64,000 nt of DNA, taken from contig NC_042997.1 in NCBI RefSeq assembly GCF_006345805.1, positions 29,884,001-29,948,000 on the forward strand. The letters run 5' to 3'. Source of the stretch: Octopus sinensis (lineage: Eukaryota). The translations under genes were made by a program, and so were the position numbers. Under the pieces are notes generated by a model. It worked only from the letters and a program-made list of their open reading frames with translations. It did not search any database and was not told the DNA's origin. Positions within the stretch are counted from its first letter, which is position 1; every line of letters starts with the position of its first letter. Below, in pieces: positions 53,560 through 64,000 of this stretch.

Positions 53560-55260
53560 TTAGACTTTGTTGCTAACACGTCAAGATCTGCTCTTTGGAG
53601 ACGATTATGCATTTGAAATACACACATTGAGAATATGCAATGGATTCTAAGCAACTTCTCGCGTGCATAGAACATTTGTCCGACCATCAGCATCAAGACA
53701 ACTCAGCTTGTTCTCCACCCCATTTGAAACTATCCTACTGCTATTACCCTTGTTATATATGTTGATGATAAAGCATTAAAAACTGTTTCTTCCTTCACCT
53801 ATCTTCGTTCCATTGTGCCCAAGGATGCTAAGATGGATACAGAAATTAAGTCCACTAATGGGAAGGCTAGTTCCACTTTCGGTAAATTTTACCATAGGCT
53901 TTGGAACAGCCGCGAAGGTAAAAGTCGATGTGTACAAGTTGGTGCTTTTCTCATCATAACTTTATGATGCTGAATATTGGACCCTGTACCGAAAGCACAT
54001 CGACCAGCTTGACGCTTTTGATATCCAGCGATTACCTAATATTTCCAACATAAAATCGAGTGACCATATTCGTAACCATGAAGTGTAAACAAAATAAGAC
54101 ATATAGGTATTGAAGCCATCCTCATCAAAATACAGCTTAAATGGTCAGATTATCTCTCAAGTATGAGAACCTTAGAACCTTTAGAACAAGAGAACAAGAA
54201 ACCATGATGGTCCTCTGGAAGACACTTGTCCTCAGCCACTTTGACTATTGCTCTCAGCTATGGTCACCATCCAGTGTCAAGTTGATCACAGAACTTGAGG
54301 CGATCCAACGAAGCTACACGAAGATAGCCTCTGTGCAGCATATGAGCTACTGGGAGAGACTCAAGAGATTAAAGCTCTATTCCCTGGAGCGTAGGCGGGA
54401 AAGATATGCCATAATGTATACCTGGAAGATTCTGGAGGGTCTTGTCCCAGACTTTGGCATCGAGAGTCACACAAATGCCAGAACCGGACGCCACTGCGTA
54501 GTACCAAGGATTCCAAATCTGCCATCAAGATGTAGGACAAGATATTGTGATAGCCTGGGCTTCAGAGGCCCACGGCTCTTCAATATCCTCCCGAAGAACC
54601 TGAGGGACCTGCATGGTGTAGATGCGGATGTCTTTAAAGCAGGACTGGATCTCTTCCTGTCAGGTGTCCCGGATGAGCCAACTTCACGACAGGAGGTGCA
54701 GATGAGAGCAGCTGCATCGAACTCTCTCGTGCATCAGATGGCGTTTGCTAAAAAGCATCCGTGAGGTAAAACGTGTAGCAAACCAAATGGCGGTGCCCCA
54801 GCATGGCCACAGCTCATTAGCTGAAACTGGAAAAATCAAAATCAAAATCAAAATCATATCAGAATATCAAAGCAACTTCTCTTTAGCCAATTCCCAACAG
54901 GAAGGAAGGGCAGTTGGAAGGACGCTCTTGTGCTTGAAAATCAAACTAAAAGATAATCTGAAGGGACACAACATTCCCTTTTCTTCCAGGAAAAGCAAAG
55001 CAAAGCATCGAAACGCATGACCAGGCGCCAGTCATACTTGTCTTCGCTTCCAACATCAGGACCAACTTCGTACAATCATGAAGGCACGCTGGCACAAGAC
55101 TGTTCCTCTAAATGAAAACCTTACCTGCCATTGTAGTTTTGTGGCAAGGAACAAATCAGTCTTTGGCGTCCACACAAGAAAACACACAGTAAAGGATCAA
55201 CAAGCACTCGGACACATAAGATGGTTCCTTGCCAAAAGATTTGTAACGAACCAGCAGACT
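53560..55260 (+). mobile_element. RTE-clade LINE remnant split by a CR1-like insertion
   Basis: DLLFGDDYA..FTYLRS..KASSTFG..LYDAEYWTLYRKH..LKWS, resuming after 54860 as RISKQLLFSQ. Confidence 0.85.
54166..54856 (+). mobile_element. 5'-truncated CR1-like LINE: open ORF2 C-terminal frame (54141-54764), 3' UTR and (AAAATC)n tail
   Basis: LRTFRTRE..LWKTLVLSHFDYCSQLWSP..LEAIQRSYT..SYWERLKRLKLYSLERRRERY. Confidence 0.9.
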
Positions 55261-55442
55261 TCAGGTGACACATGTGTGTTCATAAAACATGATTACTGCT
55301 TTATTTTATTGTCCCCTCTATTTGTCGTTCAGGACGAGAGAATCCATCATGTGTCTGTGCATGTGTATGTGCGTGTGTGTGTATATATATGTTTGAGTGT
55401 GTGTGTATGTGTGTGCCTGCGTGTATACACCACTCCCCACAC

Positions 55443-55479
<37 letters not shown>

Positions 55480-55791
55480 CTGGAACAAAAATGCAATAGA
55501 GGACAGATAGAAGATACAAAGGCGCACAAGAGAAACAACAATTAGAAGGACAGTAAAAAAAAGACGAGTCATTCGTGGCTGTCTTTCCTCGGTCAAGTTC
55601 CAGACGTCACGAAGTTACGACCATTTCGGGCAAGATATATATATATATATATATATGTAAACAACTTATAAACAAGGGTAAAAGAAAATTATATCTATGC
55701 CAATTTCCGCATATTATTGTACCCACTACAGATGTACGATGTGCTGAAATCGAGGAAAGCTAGCCAACAGAATTTTTTAAAAAGTTCGTTA

Positions 55792-55853
55792 TTTCTATAT
55801 TGAATCAATTTCGGAATTAATCTCATTATAGATTTTTTCCTCTTCAGTAGAAA
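55792..55853 (-). ncRNA. Type I hammerhead ribozyme, canonical core
   Basis: UUUCUA-CUGAAGA-GGAA-(20 nt)-UUCC-GAA-AUUG-AUU-CAAU-A-UAGAAA. Confidence 0.85.
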
Positions 55854-56098
55854 AGACGGTTTGATGGAATTTTTTCTGTAAAAAATCTTCATCCTATATT
55901 AGTAATAGATTTATTTACTATTCGCTATAGGGGCTGGTAACCACTATAAGCTGTGGTGGAGAACATTTCACACGTGTGCTGAGGTTAACCAAAGGATTTT
56001 ATAGTTAGATATATCAGGGGTACTTATATGTACATGACTTTTGCTTCTGCTTTTTTTCCACGGGCGCATATAAGTATTTCTTTTAATTCTATTCGTAT

Positions 56099-56160
56099 TT
56101 TCTACTGAAGAGGAAAACATCTATTATGAGATTAATTCCGAAATTGATTAAATATAGAAA
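56099..56160 (+). ncRNA. Type I hammerhead ribozyme, canonical core, 3-bp stem III
   Basis: UUUCUA-CUGAAGA-GGAA-(20 nt)-UUCC-GAA-AUU-GAUUA-AAU-A-UAGAAA. Confidence 0.8.
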
Positions 56161-56808
56161 TAACGAACTATTTAAAAAATTCTGTTGGCTAGCTTTCCTC
56201 AATTTCAGCACAATGTACTGAAATGCAAGACAAACCTTAGATTTGAACTCAGAGCGCATAGATGGAATAAATACTGCGAGCATTATATCTAGTGTTGATT
56301 AATATCGAATGTAATTTTACAGATAAACGCTGGCGAGAATCTAAGCAATAATTTTGGAATATATAAATAGAAAATTTATGGAAACGTACGAGTTCACCCA
56401 CCGAGTGTTTAATGAGAAATGTATTCTAAAGCGATCGAAATTAAAATTTGCTATCGAAATTTCAAGTTTATTTATGATCCAAAGTCTAGGTTATTAATGT
56501 TATCTTTAAAAGTTATTTTACTAAGTTCTTCTGTATTTCCAAACACTGGGGTGAAGTCAGAGTATTTTAATCACACCAGTGTGTGTATGTGAGTGTTTTT
56601 ATTACTTCATTGCCCGGAGTCTTAAACACGCATTCAAAATGTTTCATGGCAAAGTGTAAAGTAACATACAAACGTAGATAAATACATACATACATACATG
56701 CATAAATATGAACTTACATACATACGAACATACACATGCATACATACATATATATACGCATATATACGTACGTACATACATACATACATACATACATACA
56801 TACATACA

Positions 56809-56840
<32 letters not shown>

Positions 56841-56949
56841 AGCATATATACATACACACATACAGACAGACAGACAGATAGACAGACAGACACTGCTGCC
56901 ATTAACAAGCAAATCCCCAAAACAGTCAAAATCAGCCACTGCTATTGTC

Positions 56950-59790
56950 TCAACATGTACAAGGCATCAGCCCTTCCACCAATGTCCAAAAATGGTAGAG
57001 ACAATTTATTGAGGATTGCCTTAATGACCGTCCACACCATATTCCTTTCTTCGTCCTCAATGAGTGCCATCTAAGTAACCCCGACTAGAAGCTGGGGTGA
57101 GATTGAAGAATTTTACAGCTATTACTGCATATTGTGTTAGCAGAAGAAAGGGTGGGACCGCCATTTTCATGTACGATTCTTTTTCGGCTGAAGCAATGGA
57201 CGTATTTACCAATGGCTACTGTGAAGTAGCTTATAGTAAAACGAACAATTTAATAGTTTTGGGACTCTATAGATCACACCGACTCCTTTGCTACGCTTCA
57301 AAGAATGCCTCCACAGAATTAAGTGTTTCATCCACCTGTGTCATGCAGACAACATATTAATGATGGGGAACTTCAACCTTCCCATAGTGTTGATTGGTCC
57401 ACAAACAGCTGGAAACCAGGTATTTCCACTTCAACCCCTGATAAGGAAGCAATCGAATTGCTTTTTGATTTCCTGGATAACTTTTTCCTGATCCAACAGG
57501 TTCTCGAACCAACAAGGTGTCACAAATACACCTTAGACCTAGTGTTCAGTAACCACACTGACACTATCCACAATATTTCAGTGGAAAAAATAAACACCAC
57601 TACTCTTACACTATGACAGGGTTCTCTCTGATCTGAGATTCTACCAAACAAAGACCAATCCCAATGAAATCTCTCCAGCCCATCCATTTGGCACTATGGA
57701 TCTTTATAACGCAGACTGGAATGCAATCAATCATGATCTTTCACAAGTTGATTGGGCCGTAACGCACGCACACACATCCACGAACATAAACACATCATAG
57801 CAGACACTTGTAGATATGTAACAAATGTATTCGCAAAACATACCCCATTAAGATCAGTAAACAGATCAAAGTGCACAATCCTTAGAAATAGAAGAGCAAT
57901 TATCAGAGAAAAATAAAAAGAATTAACAAGAAAATCAACCAACATAAATACTGCCAGCAGCAACGCACCCATTCGACTGCCAATTGCATCACTCGAATCG
58001 AAAAAACACAGCCTCCAAAAAAGCAGGATGACCATCAGTAACAAACAAAGAGCTGCGATGGAGAATTGGGCCATTGAGAAAATGAAACTCAATCTCATTT
58101 GCAAAAAGACACAAAGTCGCTGTTTCCACTGTTGGTTATCTAGTTGATGAGAGCAACACTCTACATGATGATGCAAAATCCATGAGCAAGATATTGAAGA
58201 AACAATATTGCTGTGTTTTCAGTAACGCTAATGCGGTTGATCTGGCTAACTAACTATATCTGACATAACTTTTGGTGCTCCTGCTATCCTAACAGAAATA
58301 AATAAATTCTTGGCCACTGTCCTGAAGAAGTGTCGACATCAAATTGCACCCTCTCTAGCTGAGCTCTGAAGGAACTCACTTGGCGCAGGTTACATTCCTG
58401 ATCATTTTCTTTCCCAGCCTATTGTTCTAGTTTTCAGAAAAGAACACAAATCTCTTGCAGTGAACTACCATACGATTTCACTCACCTCTCGTATCATTAA
58501 AGTATTTGAGAGTGTGTGAGATCGCGAATAACTCACTGCCCCCAAGACAACAATCTACTAAACCCCAACCAACACGGTTTCCGTTATGGCAGGTACCACT
58601 TGTTGCAGCTTCTGCGCCAGTTTGATAACATTTTAAAATCTTTGGAAGAAGACTCCAACACTGATGTCACATAACTTGATCTCACCAAGGCATTTGACAG
58701 AGTAGAGCACAACAGTCCTGCTGAAGAAACTGTCCAGCATTGGAAAGCTGATGCAGTGGATAAAGCATTTCTTGACGAACAGAACCCAACGTTCTGTTTA
58801 AGGGAATCTGATCAAACTCAGCCAAAGTCGGTAGTGGTGATCCAAAAGGTACTGTATTTATCTATATTCATTATCTATATCAATGACATAGAAGACGTTA
58901 TCAGACATTCGACATTGAAAATCTTTGTAGATCATTCCAAACTTCAGAACGCCATAAAAGGTAGGGGAGATCGAACATACCTTCATCCGGATCTGTTTCC
59001 TGTTGTCCAATGGGCGGAAATGAATAATATGCTTCTAAATGAATATAAGTTTAATTTGATCCGCTTTGGAAGAGAAGATACTCTAAAACTACCATCTGGC
59101 CTTCCCTCGAGCGACTCATCCAACGACACCAGAGACCTCGGAGTAATTGTTGATAACAATCTAAGCTGGAGTTCCCACGTAAACAGCAAGGTTGACTTGG
59201 CACGCAAGATGTGCTCCTGGATTCTGAGTACTTTCCGGTCTAGAGATGCCCAAACAATCATCCTTCCCTACTCTACTTTAGCTCAACCCCACCTTGAATA
59301 CTGTTGCCCACAGTGGCCTCCGCACACGAAGCAACACATTATGAAAGTGAGAGTACTCCAGAAGTCAATAACAGGAGAGATAGATGGCATGAGAGGCATT
59401 GACTTTTGGGGGTCGACTAAAAAAACTCAATCTCTACTCTCTCCAACGCCGCCGGGAACACTACATCGTTTCTGTCATGTGGAAATTATTCCATCAATAT
59501 TGCACAAATGACGTTGGCATTAATTTTAAAATCCACACAAGACTTGGCCCTCGTGCTGTCCGCCCACTACAAAATTGAACTCAGGACACATAAGAACATT
59601 ACAACACAACTACTTTACCTCAACCGATCCAGCTCTCTTTAATACGTCAAAATGGAAACGGATCCCATAAAATTAAAAAGTTCTTTGGACAAATTTCTCC
59701 CCCAAATCCCAGATCAACCTCCTACACACGGATATATCTCCAACTAATAATAACTCCTTGCTAGAGTGGGCCATGGTGCCCCATATATGA
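56950..59790 (+). mobile_element. CR1-like LINE, most of ORF2 (APE endonuclease and RT), decayed
   Basis: KGGTAIFMY..LIVLGLYRS..MGNFNLP..QQVLEPTR..TLDLVFSN; DLTKAFDRV; FIIYINDI..TLKIFVDHSK; RDLGVIVDNNLSW; HLEYCCPQW. Confidence 0.9.
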
Positions 59791-59989
59791 CTAAAAGACG
59801 TCATGAAGTCGTGCTATTAAGTTAGACATGACCTGGTCCTATACTGGCCGAAACTTATCGAAGTTAATCAAATTTACATGCATACATACATACTGCATAC
59901 ATACACGTATACATCCATGCATGCATGCATGCGTACATGCATGCATACATACTTACGTACGGACGTATGTATTTCTGATATTCGGTTAT

Positions 59990-60240
59990 TTCTATTTTAA
60001 CTTACTTGTGTCGTTCATTGGACAGCGGCCATTCTTGATCAAACCTCGAAGACTTCAGCTGAACAAATCGACAGCGGCTGTCAAGTTGTGTGGGAAGAAA
60101 CATAGAGACACCTACACTCCCACACATACACACGCACAAGACGAACTTTTAGACAGTTTTCGTGTACGAAATTCTCTGAAAAGGCAAGTTTTTGACCCCA
60201 GACAATCATCTCGCCAAAAACCAGAGGCAGGGGATTGCGA
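59990..60240 (-). mobile_element. Decayed family E SINE
   Basis: TTACTTGTGTCGTTCATTGGACAGCGGCCAT..AAATCGAC resembles the family E tail. Confidence 0.55.
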
Positions 60241-60819
60241 AGCGAACTTTATAATAAGCCTACACAACCATGCGTGTGTGTGTGTGTGTCTAGGTATATA
60301 TGTGTGTGGGTGTGTGTATGGTGTGTGTGACTGTGTGTGCGCGTATATATGTCTATGTGTCTCTGATGTGTGTCTGATGCGTGTATGTGTTTAAGTGTAT
60401 GTGTGTGTCTATGTGTGTATGTATGTGCATCATTTATAAATAATACTAATGTATTCTCGATTGTCACTAAATTAGTTTACAAATTTCAGCCTACCAAATT
60501 ATAGTCTTGATTCGTAAAATGAAATTCAAGATTATTTACTTGTATAATGTAACAATGGTAGTATCGAAAAATATCATAAGTATCCTCTAAACCATTCAAT
60601 TATAAATCATATTACATTATTCATAGGTTTAAAAACAACACTTCAGCGGATTTTTAAAAAAATTAAATTATGGTCCTTATGTTTATATATATATATATAC
60701 ACACATATATATATAAATATATGTATGTCTGTATGTATACATATGTTTATTTATATGTGTATATATATATAATTATGTGTGTGCGTATGTGTGTGTGTAT
60801 GTATACCGCTAGCCTGCTG

Positions 60820-60858
<39 letters not shown>

Positions 60859-61026
60859 TAATTAAGGGTAGTATAGGTAGCACACCACGCTAAAAATAGC
60901 AGTCAGAAGACAACTCCATCAACAAATTTTCACTGATATACATTAATTGAAGTCGGGGGAATGACCAAAAGTTCTAAGCCTTCGTACCAATAAAGGAAAG
61001 AATCGTCAATTGAAAAGTCAGACATA

Positions 61027-61083
61027 CCTGTATCGTTACGATTTCGAACTTTGTGGAGGTTCCACTTAGTTCTCATCAGCAAT
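61027..61083 (-). ncRNA. Type I HHR, array unit A1 (best preserved)
   Basis: UUG-CUGAUGA-GAAC-UAA-GUGG-AACCU-CCAC-AAA-GUUC-GAA-AUCG-UAA-CGAU-A-CAG. Confidence 0.75.
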
Positions 61084-61412
61084 TCTCTATGACCACTAGG
61101 GTCATAGAAATTACCCATCTCAACAAATATGCGCGATAACCGTTTTTAATGCTGCAGCAAATTTAAAATTTATTGTTTGCAATAATATCAAGTGGTATAC
61201 CATGCGCAAAAATATAACATGATGTAAAATGAATTGCTAATTAATAATTAATGGTACTAGAGGTGGAACCGGCACGTTAAAAAAATCAGTCAGAAGACAA
61301 CAGCAGCCACAAATTTTCGCTGGTGCACAGTAACTGAAGTCGAGGGAATGACCAAAAATTCTAAGCCCCCGTACAAATAAGAAAAGAATTGTAAATTGAA
61401 AAGCCAGGTATA

Positions 61413-61469
61413 CCCGTATCTTGAAAATTTCGAACTTTGTTCAGGTTTAACTTAGTTCTCATCAGCAAG
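61413..61469 (-). ncRNA. Type I HHR, array unit A2
   Basis: CUUG-CUGAUGA-GAAC..GUUC-GAA-AUUU-UCA-AGAU-A-CGGG; core intact, wobble-rich stems I and III. Confidence 0.65.
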
Positions 61470-61543
61470 TCTTCCTGATCACAAAGTTCATCGCGCACAT
61501 TTGTTGCGATAGCCAAGTTCTATGACCCTCGTGGTCAGTGAGA

Positions 61544-61600
61544 CTCGCTGATGAGAACTTAGTGAAACCTCCAAAATGTTCGAAATCGTGACGATGCAGA
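61544..61600 (+). ncRNA. Type I HHR remnant, unit B1 (G at position 17, predicted non-cleavable)
   Basis: CUGAUGA-GAAC..GUUC-GAA-AUCG-UGA-CGAU-G. Confidence 0.55.
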
Positions 61601-61934
61601 CATGTCTGGTTTTTCAATTTACGATTCTTTTCGTTATTGGTACAAGGGCTTAGAAATTTTGCTCATTCACCCGACTTCAATTAATATGGATTAGTGAAAA
61701 TTTGTTGTAATAATCTTATATCTACAATTTTTATCGTGCCGGTAGTATCCTTAATTATAAGTAATATTTTTTTTTACCTCATGGTATATTTTTGTGCATG
61801 TTATACAAATTGATATTATTGTAAACTATAATATCCTTATATATATTTTTATAATTCATTCTGCAGTATTGAAAAAGGTCATCGCGAACATGTTTTGAGA
61901 TAGACAAGTTCTATGAACCTTGTAGTCAGTGAAA

Positions 61935-61991
61935 TTCACTGATGTGGACGAAGTAGATCCTTCACAAAGTCCGAAATCGTGATGATACGGG
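61935..61991 (+). ncRNA. Type I HHR remnant, unit B2 (A9U; compensated stem II)
   Basis: CUGAUGU-GGAC..GUCC-GAA-AUCG-UGA-UGAU-A. Confidence 0.5.
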
Positions 61992-62325
61992 TGTGTCTGA
62001 CTTTTTGGTTAACGATTCTTTTTGTTAATGGTACGGGGGATTAGAATTTTTGCCCATTCTCCCGACTTCAATTAATGTGTATCAGTGAAAATGTTTTGTA
62101 GTTGTCTTCTGACTGCTATTTTTAGCGTGCCAGTGCTACCAGTAATAACCTTAATTATTAATTAACATTTTTTTTGCTTAATCGCATATTTTCACGCATG
62201 CTATGCCACTTGCTATTACTGTAAACAATAATATCCTTGTATATTTGTTATAATTTATATAAAATATAATACACACACACACATATATAACATATATATA
62301 TATATATATATATATAAATTTATAT

Positions 62326-62687
62326 ATGAGGATAATATCGATATTTAAGTATCAATATTATCAAGTGGCCAGCATGGGAAAAATACCGTACAAAGGTAAT
62401 AATTTTTAACAATTAAAAATGAGGGTGTCTAAGAGACACCTACATGCCGAAATAGCAGTCGAAATTCTGACTGTAAAAACCACATTAAGTGTTCATATCG
62501 TACCATGGGATAAGACAGAGGGACAAAATACACAAGCAAAAATTATTGAATAATTTGCTTCTGTATTTTGTCCCTCTGTCTTATCCCATGGTACGATATG
62601 AACACTTAATGTGGTTTTTACAGTCAGAATTTCGACTGCTATTTCGGCATGTTGGTGTCTCTTAGACACCCTCATTTTTAATTGTTA
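62326..62687. mobile_element. Foldback element (about 135-bp arms, 62407-62687) with left-side extension
   Basis: Near-perfect inverted arms; shares the ATGAGG..ATCAAGTGG..GCATG..GAAATAGCAGTC module with neighbours. Confidence 0.85.
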
Positions 62688-62734
62688 TATATATATATAT
62701 ATATTCATACTAACATATAAACATATATTTATAT

Positions 62735-63176
<442 letters not shown>

Positions 63177-63249
63177 TGTATGTATGTATAACCGCTAGCC
63201 TGGTCGAGATGTGTGTGTGTGCGTGAAGAGAAATACACCTATTCTTAAA

Positions 63250-63762
63250 TCTGTGAGCGAGAAATATGTAGTAACAGTACTGGATAGTAAAGTCTATTTT
63301 CCAACGTAAAGTGGCAGTCCTGCTTAACCCCAGAAAACCCAGGTAAACATCTGAAAGATGATGTGCCGGTAGCCAGCTGGAAAAGATGTTTTCCTGACAC
63401 TAAACAGTAGTAACATCTTTCTAAAAATATATACTGTGAGCTAGGCGAGTAACCGTTGGGCTGCAGGTATCGCTTAGGCTGGAGGGGAGCCCACAATGCT
63501 CACAATTGTCCCAGCAATTGTCACATACTGAAGAAGAGAAATAATCCAGAAACATTGGTCTGCAGGTATTGCTAAGGCTGAAGGAGGAGCATTAGCTCCC
63601 TTGCTCCCAGTATACGCACACAGATGATGTGTCGGTAGACAGCTGGAAAATATGTTTACCTGGGGTTAAACAGTAGTAAGATCATCCTAAGCAGGACTGC
63701 CACGTTACATTGACAAATAGCTTTTACTATCAAGTACTCTTCCTGCATAAATCTCGCTCAGA
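63250..63762. mobile_element. MITE-like element with about 75-bp TIRs and internal direct repeats
   Basis: 63250-63326 vs 63688-63762; about 60-bp repeat at 63358-63418 and 63624-63684. Confidence 0.7.
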
Positions 63763-64000
63763 TATTAATTTGCCATTTTATTAACAAATATATGAGTGAC
63801 TGCTTTCTTCTGACACACGGATTTTCGAAACCTTAACATTTTAATGTGTTGTGGAGCATATTACATTAGACCGATTATGAACTATAGCTGTTAACCCAGG
63901 TAGTATGATTTAAATCAATAGGAAAGCCAATACGAAGCACTGACACGAAAGATGGAGTTAATAATACGCATCTGGGTCTCAAATTTTCTCAGCAGTAGGT

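Larger units (their letters stand above)
55660..56220. mobile_element. Inverted-arm element (arms about 55735-55857 and 56097-56220, about 240-bp spacer) with an HHR in each arm
   Basis: Direct inverted match; left arm continues to (TA)n at about 55655. Confidence 0.85.
60856..62260. mobile_element. Four-unit array of about 390-bp non-coding monomers (two on minus, two on plus), one HHR per unit; retrozyme-like or tandem pLTR
   Basis: Periods 386 bp (left pair) and 391 bp (right pair); inversion junction about 61480; flanked by (TA)n. Confidence 0.85.

Noticed and set aside
59815-59870. GGTC..GGCC-GAA-ACTT-ATCG-AAGT-T after the long CR1
   Set aside because: The 3' half fits an HHR, but the 5' core (ATGACCT) has too many mismatches.

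Overview
AT-rich, repeat-saturated eukaryotic DNA with (TA)n, (TAGA)n and (TACA)n microsatellites. The tRNA-derived SINE families look like those of octopus (inference from recalled repeat sequences; no search run). I find no intact host protein gene. Nearly all listed ORFs are microsatellite or SINE translation artefacts or transposon fragments. Recognisable content: two Penelope-like element (PLE) remnants, CR1-, RTE-, L1/Tx1- and R4/Dong-like LINE remnants, Tc1/mariner and hAT remnants, four SINE families (labelled A, B, C, E here), two MITE-like elements, and one probable class-A GPCR pseudogene (about 30.7-31.8 kb, minus). The main signal is a set of small non-coding elements carrying type I hammerhead ribozyme (HHR) motifs, mostly built as outward-facing inverted pairs with one complete and one 3'-truncated arm. 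They include a four-unit array of about 390-bp monomers with an HHR in each unit (60.9-62.3 kb, retrozyme-like), an apparently intact HHR pair (55.8/56.1 kb), an HHR with a compensatory G3:C8 core swap (17.05 kb), and a tRNA/Pol III head fused to an HHR-bearing PLE-type tail (11.0-11.4 kb). All structures were folded by eye, coordinates of degenerate elements are approximate, and no activity is demonstrated.
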